Positions 1 through 10,078 of a stretch of DNA of 64,000 nucleotides are shown here, piece after piece. The DNA lies in NCBI GenBank assembly GCA_041689615.1, contig JBDNFW010000033.1:258520-322519 (forward strand), written 5' to 3'. Source of the stretch: Gammaproteobacteria bacterium. Its GTDB lineage: Bacteria > Pseudomonadota > Gammaproteobacteria > Eutrophobiales > Eutrophobiaceae. The notes below the pieces were generated by a model. It was not told the origin of the DNA. It searched no databases and saw only the letters and a program-made list of their open reading frames with translations. A program made the position numbers and the translations under genes. Numbering within the stretch: the first letter of the stretch is position 1; each line of letters starts with the position of its first letter.

Positions 1-1326
1 CTTTTACGTCCACAAAACCAGAGTCGATCTTGTCCATCTAAATAACCAATATCACCCATACGATGATAAAAACTATCTTTTGTTCTAATTTTAGCCAGCC
101 CTGTTTCTTTATTGCGATTAAAATAAGTGCGCGTCACCTGTGGTCCTTTAACACAAATCTCACCAATCTGGTTTATAGGTAATTCAATCTCATCACTCCA
201 TTCAGAAATAATATCATCAGTAAGTTTAATGATTCTGATATCAAGATTTGCTACCGGTTGACCAACACAAACGCCCTTACCTGTGGCGGTCTCTTTAGCC
301 GTTTCATTTAAGACTTCATCACTACCAATCGAGCTTACCGGTAATGATTCGGTCGCACCATAAGGAGTGAATATCTGTACATCTTTATTCAATAATGCTT
401 TGAATTTTTTTAATACCAATGGGGAAACTGGAGCACCAGCAGATAACGCTCGTTTTAATGATGGTAATTTTATTTCTTTATTCTCAGCCCATTTACCGAC
501 ACGGTTAAGCAATGCAGGTGAACCAAACATATTAGTGCATTTATATTGCGTAATGGCATCAACGATACTTTTTGGATCTACAGAGCCTGGCTTGGTAAAG
601 TCCATTTCTGGAATAATGGATGTCATTCCCAATGCCGGCCCAAATAAAGCAAACAATGGAAAAGTAGCTAGATCAACTTCACTCGGTTGAATATTATATA
701 GTTCTTTTAAGGCCTTAACTTGTGCAGTGAAATTGGCATGCGTATAAACGACTCCTTTAGGAACACCAGTACTGCCACTTGTAAAAAGAATTGCGGCGAT
801 GTCTTCTGCTTTTGTTTCTTTTTTTATACGCTTTGATTTCTTTCCAATTGATTTTATCTTATTAAGATCGGTTAAGAAGTTATTGCTAAGAAAATTACCT
901 CCGACCAGAATATTTTTGTGTATTGTTTTTTTTGACCAGCCAAATGCAAAGCGAGCCAAATGCGCTGTTGTAACACCTATAAATGCCTCAGGCTCTGCTT
1001 CTTCCAAACACTTACCGAGATTTTTAATCCCCATACCTGGATCAACTGCAACAAGAACTGCGTCTAACTTAAACAAGGCAAAGACTAATGCAAAAAAATC
1101 CAGTCCAGGCTTGACCATCAGCACTGTTCTTGTTCCCTTCTTTATTCCATATACTTCTAAACCATTAGCAATAAGATCACTCACTTCATCTAATTGCTTA
1201 TAGGTATAGGCAACATCATAAGATGCTTTTTTTAATTTCTTTTTACTCTGTTTGACAACTGCATAAGTATTGGGTTGTTTTTTTGCCAACACCGGTAAAT
1301 AAGATGCAATATTTGCCGTAATCATG
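1..1326 (-). CDS. oleC: AMP-dependent synthetase/ligase, OleC-like (olefin beta-lactone synthetase). The C-terminus lies beyond the window start; the N-terminal Met is at 1324-1326.
   Basis: My translation of the minus strand gives MITANIASYLPVLAKKQPN... with the AMP-binding motif LFTSGSTGVPKGVVYTHAN. The gene lies immediately downstream of the oleA-like and oleB-like genes on the same strand. Confidence 0.7.
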
Positions 1327-1336
1327 AGAACTTATT

Positions 1337-2221
1337 CTAAAGAGGGTTGTTTTGAAGAAATGTTTGAATAATCGGAATCACTTCATCACCCGCGTCTTCA
1401 AGTAAATAATGTCCGGCATCAAATTCATGGAACTCAGCATTCGGCATGCGTTTTTTCCATTCATCTAAATAGTGAACATCGAAAACAAAATCATTCAATC
1501 CCCAACAAACTAGCATTGGTAATTTTGAAAAATTTTGTAAATTTTTATCGACTTGGTCAACTATTTCATAAGAAGGATGATCTTTTTCTAATGGAATATC
1601 CTCAACAAATCGTAAAACGGAAAAACGATGCACCCAGCTATCATAAGGTGCGAGATATGCATTCTTTACATCTTTACTCATTGCCTTTCTTGTAACGCAT
1701 TGGATAACACCACCTCGACAAAAAGCATTCAAGCCTTGGATTAATAAGGCTCCTATAATTGGCATACGACTTAGCTTTAATTGCCAGGGAATTTGCTTAC
1801 CTGTTGGTATATGAAAAGCTGCTGTATTAGAGATAACCAGGCGTTTTATCTTATCGGGAAACCGAGTGGCATATGCCATTCCAATCATTCCACCCCAATC
1901 ATGAACAATTAAGGTTAAATTATTATCAACACCTAGAGATGCCAGTAAAGTATCAAGATCATCAACTCGCTGCTTCAAAGTAAATTCATAATTACCCTTA
2001 GCCGGTTTATCCGACAAACCCATACCAATGTGATCAGGAACAATGCAATGGTATTTGTCGATTAATGCAGTAAAGAGATGTCGATAATAAAAGGACCAAC
2101 TTGGATTGCCATGTAACATAACAACAGTTTCAGAATGCTTTATACCTCCATCGAGATAATGCATTCGTTTACCATTAATTACTGCATAAGATGAACTATC
2201 AGGATAATCCGGAAAAGACAT
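1337..2221 (-). CDS. oleB: alpha/beta-hydrolase, haloalkane-dehalogenase-like, OleB-type
   Basis: 294 aa. HGNPSWSFYYRH motif and IVHDWGG nucleophile elbow region are typical of OleB/HLD-like hydrolases. It sits between the FabH-like and AMP-ligase genes. Confidence 0.72.
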   Translation of the reverse strand: MSFPDYPDSSSYAVINGKRMHYLDGGIKHSETVVMLHGNPSWSFYYRHLFTALIDKYHCIVPDHIGMGLSDKPAKGNYEFTLKQRVDDLDTLLASLGVDNNLTLIVHDWGGMIGMAYATRFPDKIKRLVISNTAAFHIPTGKQIPWQLKLSRMPIIGALLIQGLNAFCRGGVIQCVTRKAMSKDVKNAYLAPYDSWVHRFSVLRFVEDIPLEKDHPSYEIVDQVDKNLQNFSKLPMLVCWGLNDFVFDVHYLDEWKKRMPNAEFHEFDAGHYLLEDAGDEVIPIIQTFLQNNPL

Positions 2222-2258
2222 AAAAAATTATTGCGGCAAAAGTTGTGTTAAATGGTAA

Positions 2259-3458
2259 TTACCATTCCCAACCAAGCATCAGGCAATTAAGACCACTACC
2301 TATACCAAGAAAGCTGACGCGGTCACCTTTCTTAAGGAATTGTCTTTGTTCAGCAATTGCTGCAGTTAAAGGAACAGAAACTGTACCAATATTGCCGAGA
2401 TATTTATAAGTACTAAAGTCTTTTTCAGGGGCAATACCCAGTTCTTTTAATATCGTATCGCGATGACCTTGGCCCACCTGATGACATATCACTTTATCGA
2501 CCTGATCTCTGGCCCAGCCCATCCTGCTAAGAAAGGAACCCCATGTTTTAACGCCCAACTTGGCACCATGTTTTAGTACAGCAACTGAATCAGTCGACAT
2601 GAACTCGGATAAAGCTGCTGGTAAAGTTTCCGATGGCATAATACCCGCCAAGGCTGGTGGTAATTTGTTACTCGTCATGACGTCTTTGATTGCTGAAGGT
2701 AGCACTTCCGGATGCATCACCTGATCAATTGCAGCAAGCAATTTGTCAGGAGAAAACATCAATTCACCAAGTGCCACTGGAGATAAAGTGACACCCCAAC
2801 GACAGAGTTTATGATGCTCTGGCGCAGATTGATTAGCGCCTCCAAGTAAGCGATGTGTTTCTTTATTATCAAAAGAACCATCCGTCAGTAATACTGCCGC
2901 CGCACCAGAACCACCGGTTAGTGTTGCTAATGATCTGGAAAACATATCCATCGTTCTGTCATTCAACATACGATCTATCATGATTTCGACGATTTCACGT
3001 GAAGTCTCGCAGGAAACGACCATACCAGCACGAATCTGCTTTAATTCAATCCGGTTAGCAATATCAATAATGCCATTCATGACGCCCAAACAGGCATTTG
3101 AAATATCATAAATATTGGCATCGTTACTAATACCCAATTGAGCCGCAACAGCGCAAGCCGTTGCCGGTTCAAAGTTTTCCCGACAAACACCAGTATAAAT
3201 AAGTGCCTCAACATCTTTTGCTACAACATTAGATTGTTCCAGAGCTTTGCGAGCTGCTGCTGCTGCGCCATCAGAAAGTACATGCCCTTCTTCCCACCAG
3301 CGACGCTCACTAATACCGGTCAAAGCCTGTAATTGACCAGGAGCAATATGTAGCGTGTCATACATAGGCATGAGGCGTTCTTCTAAATCTTCGGAAGTAA
3401 TGACTACAGGGGGTAATTCGTAGCCAATCGACTCCATTTGTACGCGAGTATATTTCAT
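2259..3458 (-). CDS. oleA: FabH-like thiolase-superfamily condensing enzyme, OleA-type (head-to-head Claisen condensation)
   Basis: 399 aa. FabH-like N-terminus (SIGYELPPVVITSEDLEERL), active-site Cys context SNACLGVMNGI, C-terminal GIGSGLNCLMLGWEW. It is the first gene of an oleA-B-C order. Confidence 0.68.
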   Translation of the reverse strand: MKYTRVQMESIGYELPPVVITSEDLEERLMPMYDTLHIAPGQLQALTGISERRWWEEGHVLSDGAAAAARKALEQSNVVAKDVEALIYTGVCRENFEPATACAVAAQLGISNDANIYDISNACLGVMNGIIDIANRIELKQIRAGMVVSCETSREIVEIMIDRMLNDRTMDMFSRSLATLTGGSGAAAVLLTDGSFDNKETHRLLGGANQSAPEHHKLCRWGVTLSPVALGELMFSPDKLLAAIDQVMHPEVLPSAIKDVMTSNKLPPALAGIMPSETLPAALSEFMSTDSVAVLKHGAKLGVKTWGSFLSRMGWARDQVDKVICHQVGQGHRDTILKELGIAPEKDFSTYKYLGNIGTVSVPLTAAIAEQRQFLKKGDRVSFLGIGSGLNCLMLGWEW

Positions 3459-3467
3459 CGGTGCATT

Positions 3468-6400
3468 CTATGTGATTCGGAGCGCAAAATCTTTCATCTG
3501 ATAGATAATTCTTCCATCAACGGTCAAAAATCCATCTGCTTTGATAGTTTCCTCAGCATCATCAATTTCAGTAATAACTGCCTGTATTGTTACTTTTTCA
3601 TCTACAGGCAAGATTTGCCCCCGATATACCCATTTATGAACCTGATTTAAAGCCATACTCTCAAAAGCAAACTCGCCTATATTCAGCTCATCCTGCCAAC
3701 GTTCCCAGGCAAATACTTTCAATAATTGCATAAATGATTCTAGCCCTAACGATCCTGGCCAAACCGGATCTTCATAAAAATGCGCCTTAAAAAACCATGC
3801 TTCTTCTTTAACTTTAGCAGTTCCTTCGATAAATCCGAGATTATTTGGCCCACCTTCAGGATCATACAAACTAATATCATCAACCATTCGCATCATATCT
3901 GCAGGCATTGGCGCATCGATCGGATACACAAAGGATTTACCTCGAGATCTTTCTAATTCTGTTGGAACATAAAGTTTAGCATCGCGAATACCGATTTGGT
4001 CAGCCAGAGCTTGTTTAGAAAAAAAGCCAAAATTGGTATCGCCTTTATAGACTAATCCCTGATCAGATGTCATTTCATAATCGTAAGTCTGAATAATCAT
4101 ACCACCCGATTGTGAAACGCTGGTCATCTTTACTTTAGTAGTAAGCGTTCCTATTTCTGGTGTTACTTTTATATATTGTGTTGCCGTGCCACCCAGGTTT
4201 CTAAAGGAAATATCGACTTCGCTAGTCAAGGCAGATCCCAAATACGCAGCTAACCAACCACATGGCTGCAATGCCACTTCTAGCAATACTGCAAAAGGCA
4301 TATAGGGCTGATTGTCTTCCGTGAAATACCATTCATCCACAGGCACGTCATATTTAGCTTCGATAATTCCTCCTGCTTTTAAGACCCATTGTTCACAATC
4401 TTTAATAGAGGTTATTCGATCGAGAAATTTATATGGTGGACCAGGTAAACGTGCAATCTTACGTTCGCTATCGAATATTTTATATCTATCACCAAAAGCT
4501 TCTGAAGGTTTACCAATAGCAAAAGCAAGTATCGATTCGTTATCAAATAGAACTTGTTTTGTTTCTGCCGTATTTTTGTGTTCCCAAAGTGCTTCCAGTC
4601 TTTCTCGTTTCAAACCAGTCAATTGAACAGACATATTCTTCATCTGCACAATGGCACGATGATCGCCATACATTAAGGCATCTGCCAATACATAAGGTGT
4701 ACCATCATCACGATAACCAATTTCCTTCAAGGTAATTTCATATTGAACTGCTTTCGTTTCTTCAGTGACCTGACCTCGACATTTCAATTGACTAACTTCA
4801 CCAATGATTGGTTCGTAAACAAATTCATCTTCTTCGCCAATCCAGCCCATGCGTAACAAATAAACACGTAAAGTATGTAAACAACATTCGTACATTAATG
4901 TACCGGGCATCACTCGATCATCAACAAAGTGACATGTTAGAAACCAGTCATCAGGATGAATATCTGCTTCGCCAGTAATCTGACCTATGCCAAAACGACC
5001 CGCATTTGGATCAAGCTTGAGTATGCGATGAACCAACGTCATACGTCCGCTTGGTAAACCAACTGGATTATTTAAATCAATATTATTAAATGACTCACCA
5101 AAACAAGCTGCTAAATTACCTTCTCGTAATACAGCTAATTGTTCATCGCTATAACTCTCAACTTGCATAGCAACAAGTTGTTTCCAATCTTCAGTAAATA
5201 CGCCTTGTTGTTGCTGTTTCTCCATATTGGTTAGCACTATGCCTTTACCCGCATCTAACTCCTGTTGCGTAAAGAAACCGGCACAACCTTGTGTCATCGT
5301 TAATAACGGCTCTCCATTAACGCTCCCTTCAAAGTTAAAACGAAATAGATAGGTATCATCCTGACGAAAGAATTCTTCTATGCGAATATCGTAATGAATA
5401 GTTTCCCCTGCCTTTGGCAAAGGGCCATGAAAAGTAATTTTTGCATCTAATAATCTGTAAACAGCCAAACCTTTCGCAATATGATCAATGCCTAAATAAC
5501 CTGACAAAAATAAATCAGCTTGCCCTGCTTCTACGGCAATACAAGTTGGTATACGTCCAAGATCCAGATACCATGCGTCGTACAAAACATCATGCTCCGT
5601 TATAACGCGACCATTGGTGTTTGGATTGTCTTTCAACGAATCTGCTACACCTTCAACACTTAATATTCGGTCAGCAAGCATTAAAGGTTCATCAGGTAAA
5701 CGCACTCGCGTGGGATACTGATCAATATCGGCAAATTCAGAACCAAGCATCTTACCAATCGAGCCCACCGCAAATTCCATACATTGTTCACGATCAAATA
5801 AACAATCTATTTTATTAGGCATCTCTTGTCTTACAGTTACTTGCGATAAATCATCATCTGTATTATTTAATAAATGCATTTGCATACTGATTGCTTGCGT
5901 GATGGTTTCTGTCATTCCCTGACTAACGCGTAAAAATGTTTCTTGCGCTTCTGAACGTGCTTGTTCAGCTAATTGCATTTGTTGAATCATCGGTTGAAAG
6001 TCACCATTCGCTGTCATAGGTAATGATGTAACACTGGAAGATGTATTAATCGTTTCAACTGAACTCTGTTTTACTTTAGGTTGTATATGCTCAATAACAT
6101 CAGGTTTTGCAGGTGGTGCTGACACTTTGAAAGGCTCACCCCCCGTTTTAACACTGATAAAGTTTTTATATTCTGTTTTTTGTTTTTCCTTATTAATATT
6201 CAACTTTGAAAAATTGACATCCACACCTTCAACATAAAGTCTGGCAAGTATCTGCAATAGGTTATCAACACTGTTTTGCCCTTTAACACAAACTGCTTTT
6301 GCGTAATGTGCTTTATCTTCAAGAATTTGATCAATCATTCTAGTACATGAACCACCCGGCCCCATTTCAACAAAAAAACGTACGCCGTCTTCATAAGCAC

Positions 6401-9400
6401 TATTAATCACCTTGGTATAATCAAACGGCGCTAAAGCTTGGTCTAAAATTGAATCAGCAGCAGAATCCTGTGTTACTTCATAAGCACCACCACGTATACC
6501 ACTATAAAAAGTAACGTCTTCCGGTGGTGTAGTTTCAAAGATATGCAGATCGCGATAAGCCTTTTCAACAGGTCTAGCAACTTCACAATGCACCGTCGTC
6601 ACACCCGACAAAGGATGATACTGAGCATTAAGCTCTTTAATTGCATTATTTAATTCAGTTTTATCGCCACCAATAACGCATTCATTTGGTGTATTAATAA
6701 TCAATAGATAAACATGTTTAAACTTTTCTAAAACAACTTTGACTTTGTCTTCACTGGTATTAATCACACCTAGTGCCCAATCAATAGGCTGTTCTGTTCC
6801 CCATGCCGTTTGTACAGAAGTACAGGGACCAGCAAGTTCTTCTGTAAACAAACTGCTTTGTTGAATTCGTTTCAACATTTCATCACGCGCTGTCCATGTT
6901 CGCGTTGAGAAAAAACCGGCAGTCTCGCCAAGACTATAACCAATCACAGCATCAGGTTTAACAGCAAAACTGGCAACCACATCACTGATAAACGTTCCTA
7001 GCCACACTTGTCCAAAAATAACTTCCTCATGACTGAGCTCTTTGCCATCGTCTTTTTGCCAGAAACGTCCTTGTGCAAACTGAGATGCAAGTGTTTCATT
7101 TTCATTATTTAATTTTTCTAATACGCCAGGAAAAGCAATTCCCAATTCCTGTCCCATACCAAAGAAATGATTGCCTGAACCCGGATAGACAAAAGCAACT
7201 TTGCCATTTTCAGTCAATGGAGAAACTGAAAAATAACAGCGCCCATTATCAATGGAATTATTACTTTTTATTGCAGCAAGCGTTTCTTCGCGGGCTAGAT
7301 TAAATTCTTTCTCATCATTAATTAATAAGACAACGCGATACTTCTCTTTTTTATCTTCGACAACTTCATCAAAAGATAAACTTTGAATCTTACTAATTAA
7401 TGAGTCTTTATCATCAGCAGAAAGAGAAAATAATTTGGCCGTAATATTTTTAACATCAATATTAACCTGTGTTTGCTTTTGGGCTTGCTCTAAAACCACA
7501 CTGATACAATTACCATCAATACTCGTGCTATTAACTAAAGCCCGTCTTGCCCCTTTAACACTATCCTTTAACCAATAGCGGGCCTGCCCACTATTTTCAG
7601 CTGGCAAAATACAATGATGCAAGGCACTTACTGAACTAGCGACACTCATTAATCCATTTGCAGCACCGGAATGTCCGAGAGGAAATGCGTTTGTTACAGC
7701 ATGTTGTAAAGCAGGAATATTAATTACATCATCGCCGGCAGATTGACTAATATAATCAATTGCATCTAAATGACATTGTGCATCTGAACAGGCATTTTGA
7801 ATTGCAGTTATCATCGCAGACTGTTCAGGTTTTATATCGCAACCGCCCGCAGAGGCAACGCCAATACCTTTAATCAAGGCATAAACATTATCACCATCAC
7901 GTATCGCATCTTCATGGCGTTTTAAAACAAAAGCAGTTGCAGCATCGGCAATATTATTAATCTGTTCGACACTTCCTTTAACTGCTCTAAGATCACTAGC
8001 AATATCTACAGCACCAACAATAACTTGATCGAGTTCTTTTAGTTGTAGGGCGCGTACACCGGACTCAAGCGCACGTAAGCCTGAAGTTTCTTCAGAAGAA
8101 ACCGTAAAAGCCGGACCACCGATATGAAAAGCGCGAGCAATACGACTGGCAACAATGCCGCCTAGCGCACCCATTGTGCGATTTGCAGTTAATGCAGGAC
8201 CAAACGCTTGCTTAAGGTTTTCTATCCATTCGAATAAATCATTTCCACTTAAATGAACACCCAGTTTTTTTAGCCATTCACTTGCATATTTTTTTTGCAT
8301 CCAGCGAAAATGAAAATTCGTTGTATTTAAATCAAGTGCAATTCCAATAAACACTCCCGTTCTACATTGTTGTTCTGCATTCAGTTCTGATAACCCTGCA
8401 TCTTCTAAAGCATTTGCTGCAACTTCGAGCATTAATAATTGTTGTGGCAACATTTCTTTTAACTCTGCCGGCGGAATTCGATAGCGTCCTAACGGAACAT
8501 TAACCTCTTCAATTAAATTTCCCTGACATTCTTTACTGTCTGCTCCCCACCAATTATTAGGAGGCATTAACTTCATATCAGAACCAAACAATACTGCTTG
8601 ATCAAATTCCTGTTGATTGCTCCATGGACCTAGACGTGACTCCATGCCGACTATGGCAATATCAGTTTGTGTAGAGTTAGACTGCGTAGAAACAGGAGTC
8701 ACTTTCTCTTTCGGTTTGTACTCTTGTAAAAGTACATGTGCATTAATTCCACCAAAACCAAAACCACTTATCGCTGCGCGTCGAGGCGTATTATCTTCAA
8801 TAGTCCATGACTCTGCTTTATTTAGTACTTTAAATGGGCTGTTAGCTAAATCAATTTTATTCGAAGGAGATTCGTAATTTGCAGTTGGCGGCAATACGCC
8901 ATGTTTCATAGCCAACAAAGTTTTCATTAATGCCGCAGCACCAGCTGCTGTTAATAAATGGCCAACGTTACTTTTGACTGAACCAATAACACATTCACCA
9001 TCAACATTATGGTTTTGCCAAAGATTTTTTAATGACGTGAATTCAACACCATCACCAACCGGTGTACCGGTACCATGACATTCAATATGTTGTACCTGAT
9101 TTGGCTTCCAATCTGCCATTTCATAAGCCGATTGCATGGCACGGCCTTGTCCTTCTGAATCCGGTGACATGATATTGCCTTCAATATCATTCGAAAGACC
9201 TATGCCTTCAATCGTCGCGTAGATATGATCATCTTGCTCTATCGCGTCACTTAAACGCTTAAGCACAAAAATACCTGCTCCCTCACCGACAACAAGACCA
9301 TCAGCTTTACTATCAAACGGCGAACATCGACCTGATTTTGAAATAGCATTAAGTTGGGAAAAACCCATTTGCGTATACAAACAATCCGGCCGAGATAAGC

Positions 9401-10040
9401 CACCTGCCAACATAACGTCAGTACGTCCTGCAATTAGTTCATCAACTGCATATTTCAGGGAATAGAGAGAAGAAGAACAAGCCGCATCTAATGTGTAAGC
9501 GCCTGCTCCTAAGCCTAAAGCTTTTGCCAACAAACCACCCGGCAATCCGGCAACGTATCGATTTAATGGTTCTATCTTTTCTTTTCCATCATCCGAGTCG
9601 ATATTTAACTGTGCTTCAAAAAGGTGTTTAAATATTTCGTCACTAAAGAGAGATGATGACTCTGTGGGAAGCGCAATATTGCCAATGACAATACCAACAC
9701 GTTCTTTATTAATAGCATTAGTCTTCGCATCTGCCCAGGCATCCCGACCTGCATGTAATAAAATTTGATACATCGGATCCAGACGTTGAAGCAAAGAAGC
9801 ATCAACATTAAATCCAGCAGGATTAAATTCAAAATTTTGAATTAAACAAGCGCGACGTGAATTTACTTTATCCGGAGCTAATTCTTCAGAATACAATTCA
9901 TCAGCTTCTAGTCGCCAGCGATCTGCACCAACATTAATGGCAGTGTCCTTTGCATCAAGAATATTTTTCCAGAATTCATCAAGATCACTAGAACCAGGAA
10001 AAACGCCACCAATACCAACAATTGCTATTCGTTCTGCCAT
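3468..10040 (-). CDS. pfaC: PUFA synthase subunit with fused PfaB/PfaC architecture: KS, CLF, acyltransferase (GYSLGE) and two FabA-like DH domains
   Basis: 2190 aa. KS Cys context DAACSSSLYSL. A second KS-like (CLF) domain lacks the active-site Cys. AT motif VIGYSLGETAGF. Two FabA-type hotdog domains (HFVDDRVMPGTLM; AHFYEDPVWPGSLG). Confidence 0.9.
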   Translation of the reverse strand: MAERIAIVGIGGVFPGSSDLDEFWKNILDAKDTAINVGADRWRLEADELYSEELAPDKVNSRRACLIQNFEFNPAGFNVDASLLQRLDPMYQILLHAGRDAWADAKTNAINKERVGIVIGNIALPTESSSLFSDEIFKHLFEAQLNIDSDDGKEKIEPLNRYVAGLPGGLLAKALGLGAGAYTLDAACSSSLYSLKYAVDELIAGRTDVMLAGGLSRPDCLYTQMGFSQLNAISKSGRCSPFDSKADGLVVGEGAGIFVLKRLSDAIEQDDHIYATIEGIGLSNDIEGNIMSPDSEGQGRAMQSAYEMADWKPNQVQHIECHGTGTPVGDGVEFTSLKNLWQNHNVDGECVIGSVKSNVGHLLTAAGAAALMKTLLAMKHGVLPPTANYESPSNKIDLANSPFKVLNKAESWTIEDNTPRRAAISGFGFGGINAHVLLQEYKPKEKVTPVSTQSNSTQTDIAIVGMESRLGPWSNQQEFDQAVLFGSDMKLMPPNNWWGADSKECQGNLIEEVNVPLGRYRIPPAELKEMLPQQLLMLEVAANALEDAGLSELNAEQQCRTGVFIGIALDLNTTNFHFRWMQKKYASEWLKKLGVHLSGNDLFEWIENLKQAFGPALTANRTMGALGGIVASRIARAFHIGGPAFTVSSEETSGLRALESGVRALQLKELDQVIVGAVDIASDLRAVKGSVEQINNIADAATAFVLKRHEDAIRDGDNVYALIKGIGVASAGGCDIKPEQSAMITAIQNACSDAQCHLDAIDYISQSAGDDVINIPALQHAVTNAFPLGHSGAANGLMSVASSVSALHHCILPAENSGQARYWLKDSVKGARRALVNSTSIDGNCISVVLEQAQKQTQVNIDVKNITAKLFSLSADDKDSLISKIQSLSFDEVVEDKKEKYRVVLLINDEKEFNLAREETLAAIKSNNSIDNGRCYFSVSPLTENGKVAFVYPGSGNHFFGMGQELGIAFPGVLEKLNNENETLASQFAQGRFWQKDDGKELSHEEVIFGQVWLGTFISDVVASFAVKPDAVIGYSLGETAGFFSTRTWTARDEMLKRIQQSSLFTEELAGPCTSVQTAWGTEQPIDWALGVINTSEDKVKVVLEKFKHVYLLIINTPNECVIGGDKTELNNAIKELNAQYHPLSGVTTVHCEVARPVEKAYRDLHIFETTPPEDVTFYSGIRGGAYEVTQDSAADSILDQALAPFDYTKVINSAYEDGVRFFVEMGPGGSCTRMIDQILEDKAHYAKAVCVKGQNSVDNLLQILARLYVEGVDVNFSKLNINKEKQKTEYKNFISVKTGGEPFKVSAPPAKPDVIEHIQPKVKQSSVETINTSSSVTSLPMTANGDFQPMIQQMQLAEQARSEAQETFLRVSQGMTETITQAISMQMHLLNNTDDDLSQVTVRQEMPNKIDCLFDREQCMEFAVGSIGKMLGSEFADIDQYPTRVRLPDEPLMLADRILSVEGVADSLKDNPNTNGRVITEHDVLYDAWYLDLGRIPTCIAVEAGQADLFLSGYLGIDHIAKGLAVYRLLDAKITFHGPLPKAGETIHYDIRIEEFFRQDDTYLFRFNFEGSVNGEPLLTMTQGCAGFFTQQELDAGKGIVLTNMEKQQQQGVFTEDWKQLVAMQVESYSDEQLAVLREGNLAACFGESFNNIDLNNPVGLPSGRMTLVHRILKLDPNAGRFGIGQITGEADIHPDDWFLTCHFVDDRVMPGTLMYECCLHTLRVYLLRMGWIGEEDEFVYEPIIGEVSQLKCRGQVTEETKAVQYEITLKEIGYRDDGTPYVLADALMYGDHRAIVQMKNMSVQLTGLKRERLEALWEHKNTAETKQVLFDNESILAFAIGKPSEAFGDRYKIFDSERKIARLPGPPYKFLDRITSIKDCEQWVLKAGGIIEAKYDVPVDEWYFTEDNQPYMPFAVLLEVALQPCGWLAAYLGSALTSEVDISFRNLGGTATQYIKVTPEIGTLTTKVKMTSVSQSGGMIIQTYDYEMTSDQGLVYKGDTNFGFFSKQALADQIGIRDAKLYVPTELERSRGKSFVYPIDAPMPADMMRMVDDISLYDPEGGPNNLGFIEGTAKVKEEAWFFKAHFYEDPVWPGSLGLESFMQLLKVFAWERWQDELNIGEFAFESMALNQVHKWVYRGQILPVDEKVTIQAVITEIDDAEETIKADGFLTVDGRIIYQMKDFALRIT

Positions 10041-10078
10041 AACTTTATTACTCGTTCAGATTTATAAGATCTAAACTT

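Noticed and set aside
367-1203. Two plus-strand ORFs (107 and 134 aa) at the window start
   Set aside because: They lie antisense inside the oleC coding region and have low-complexity, non-protein-like composition. They are shadow ORFs.
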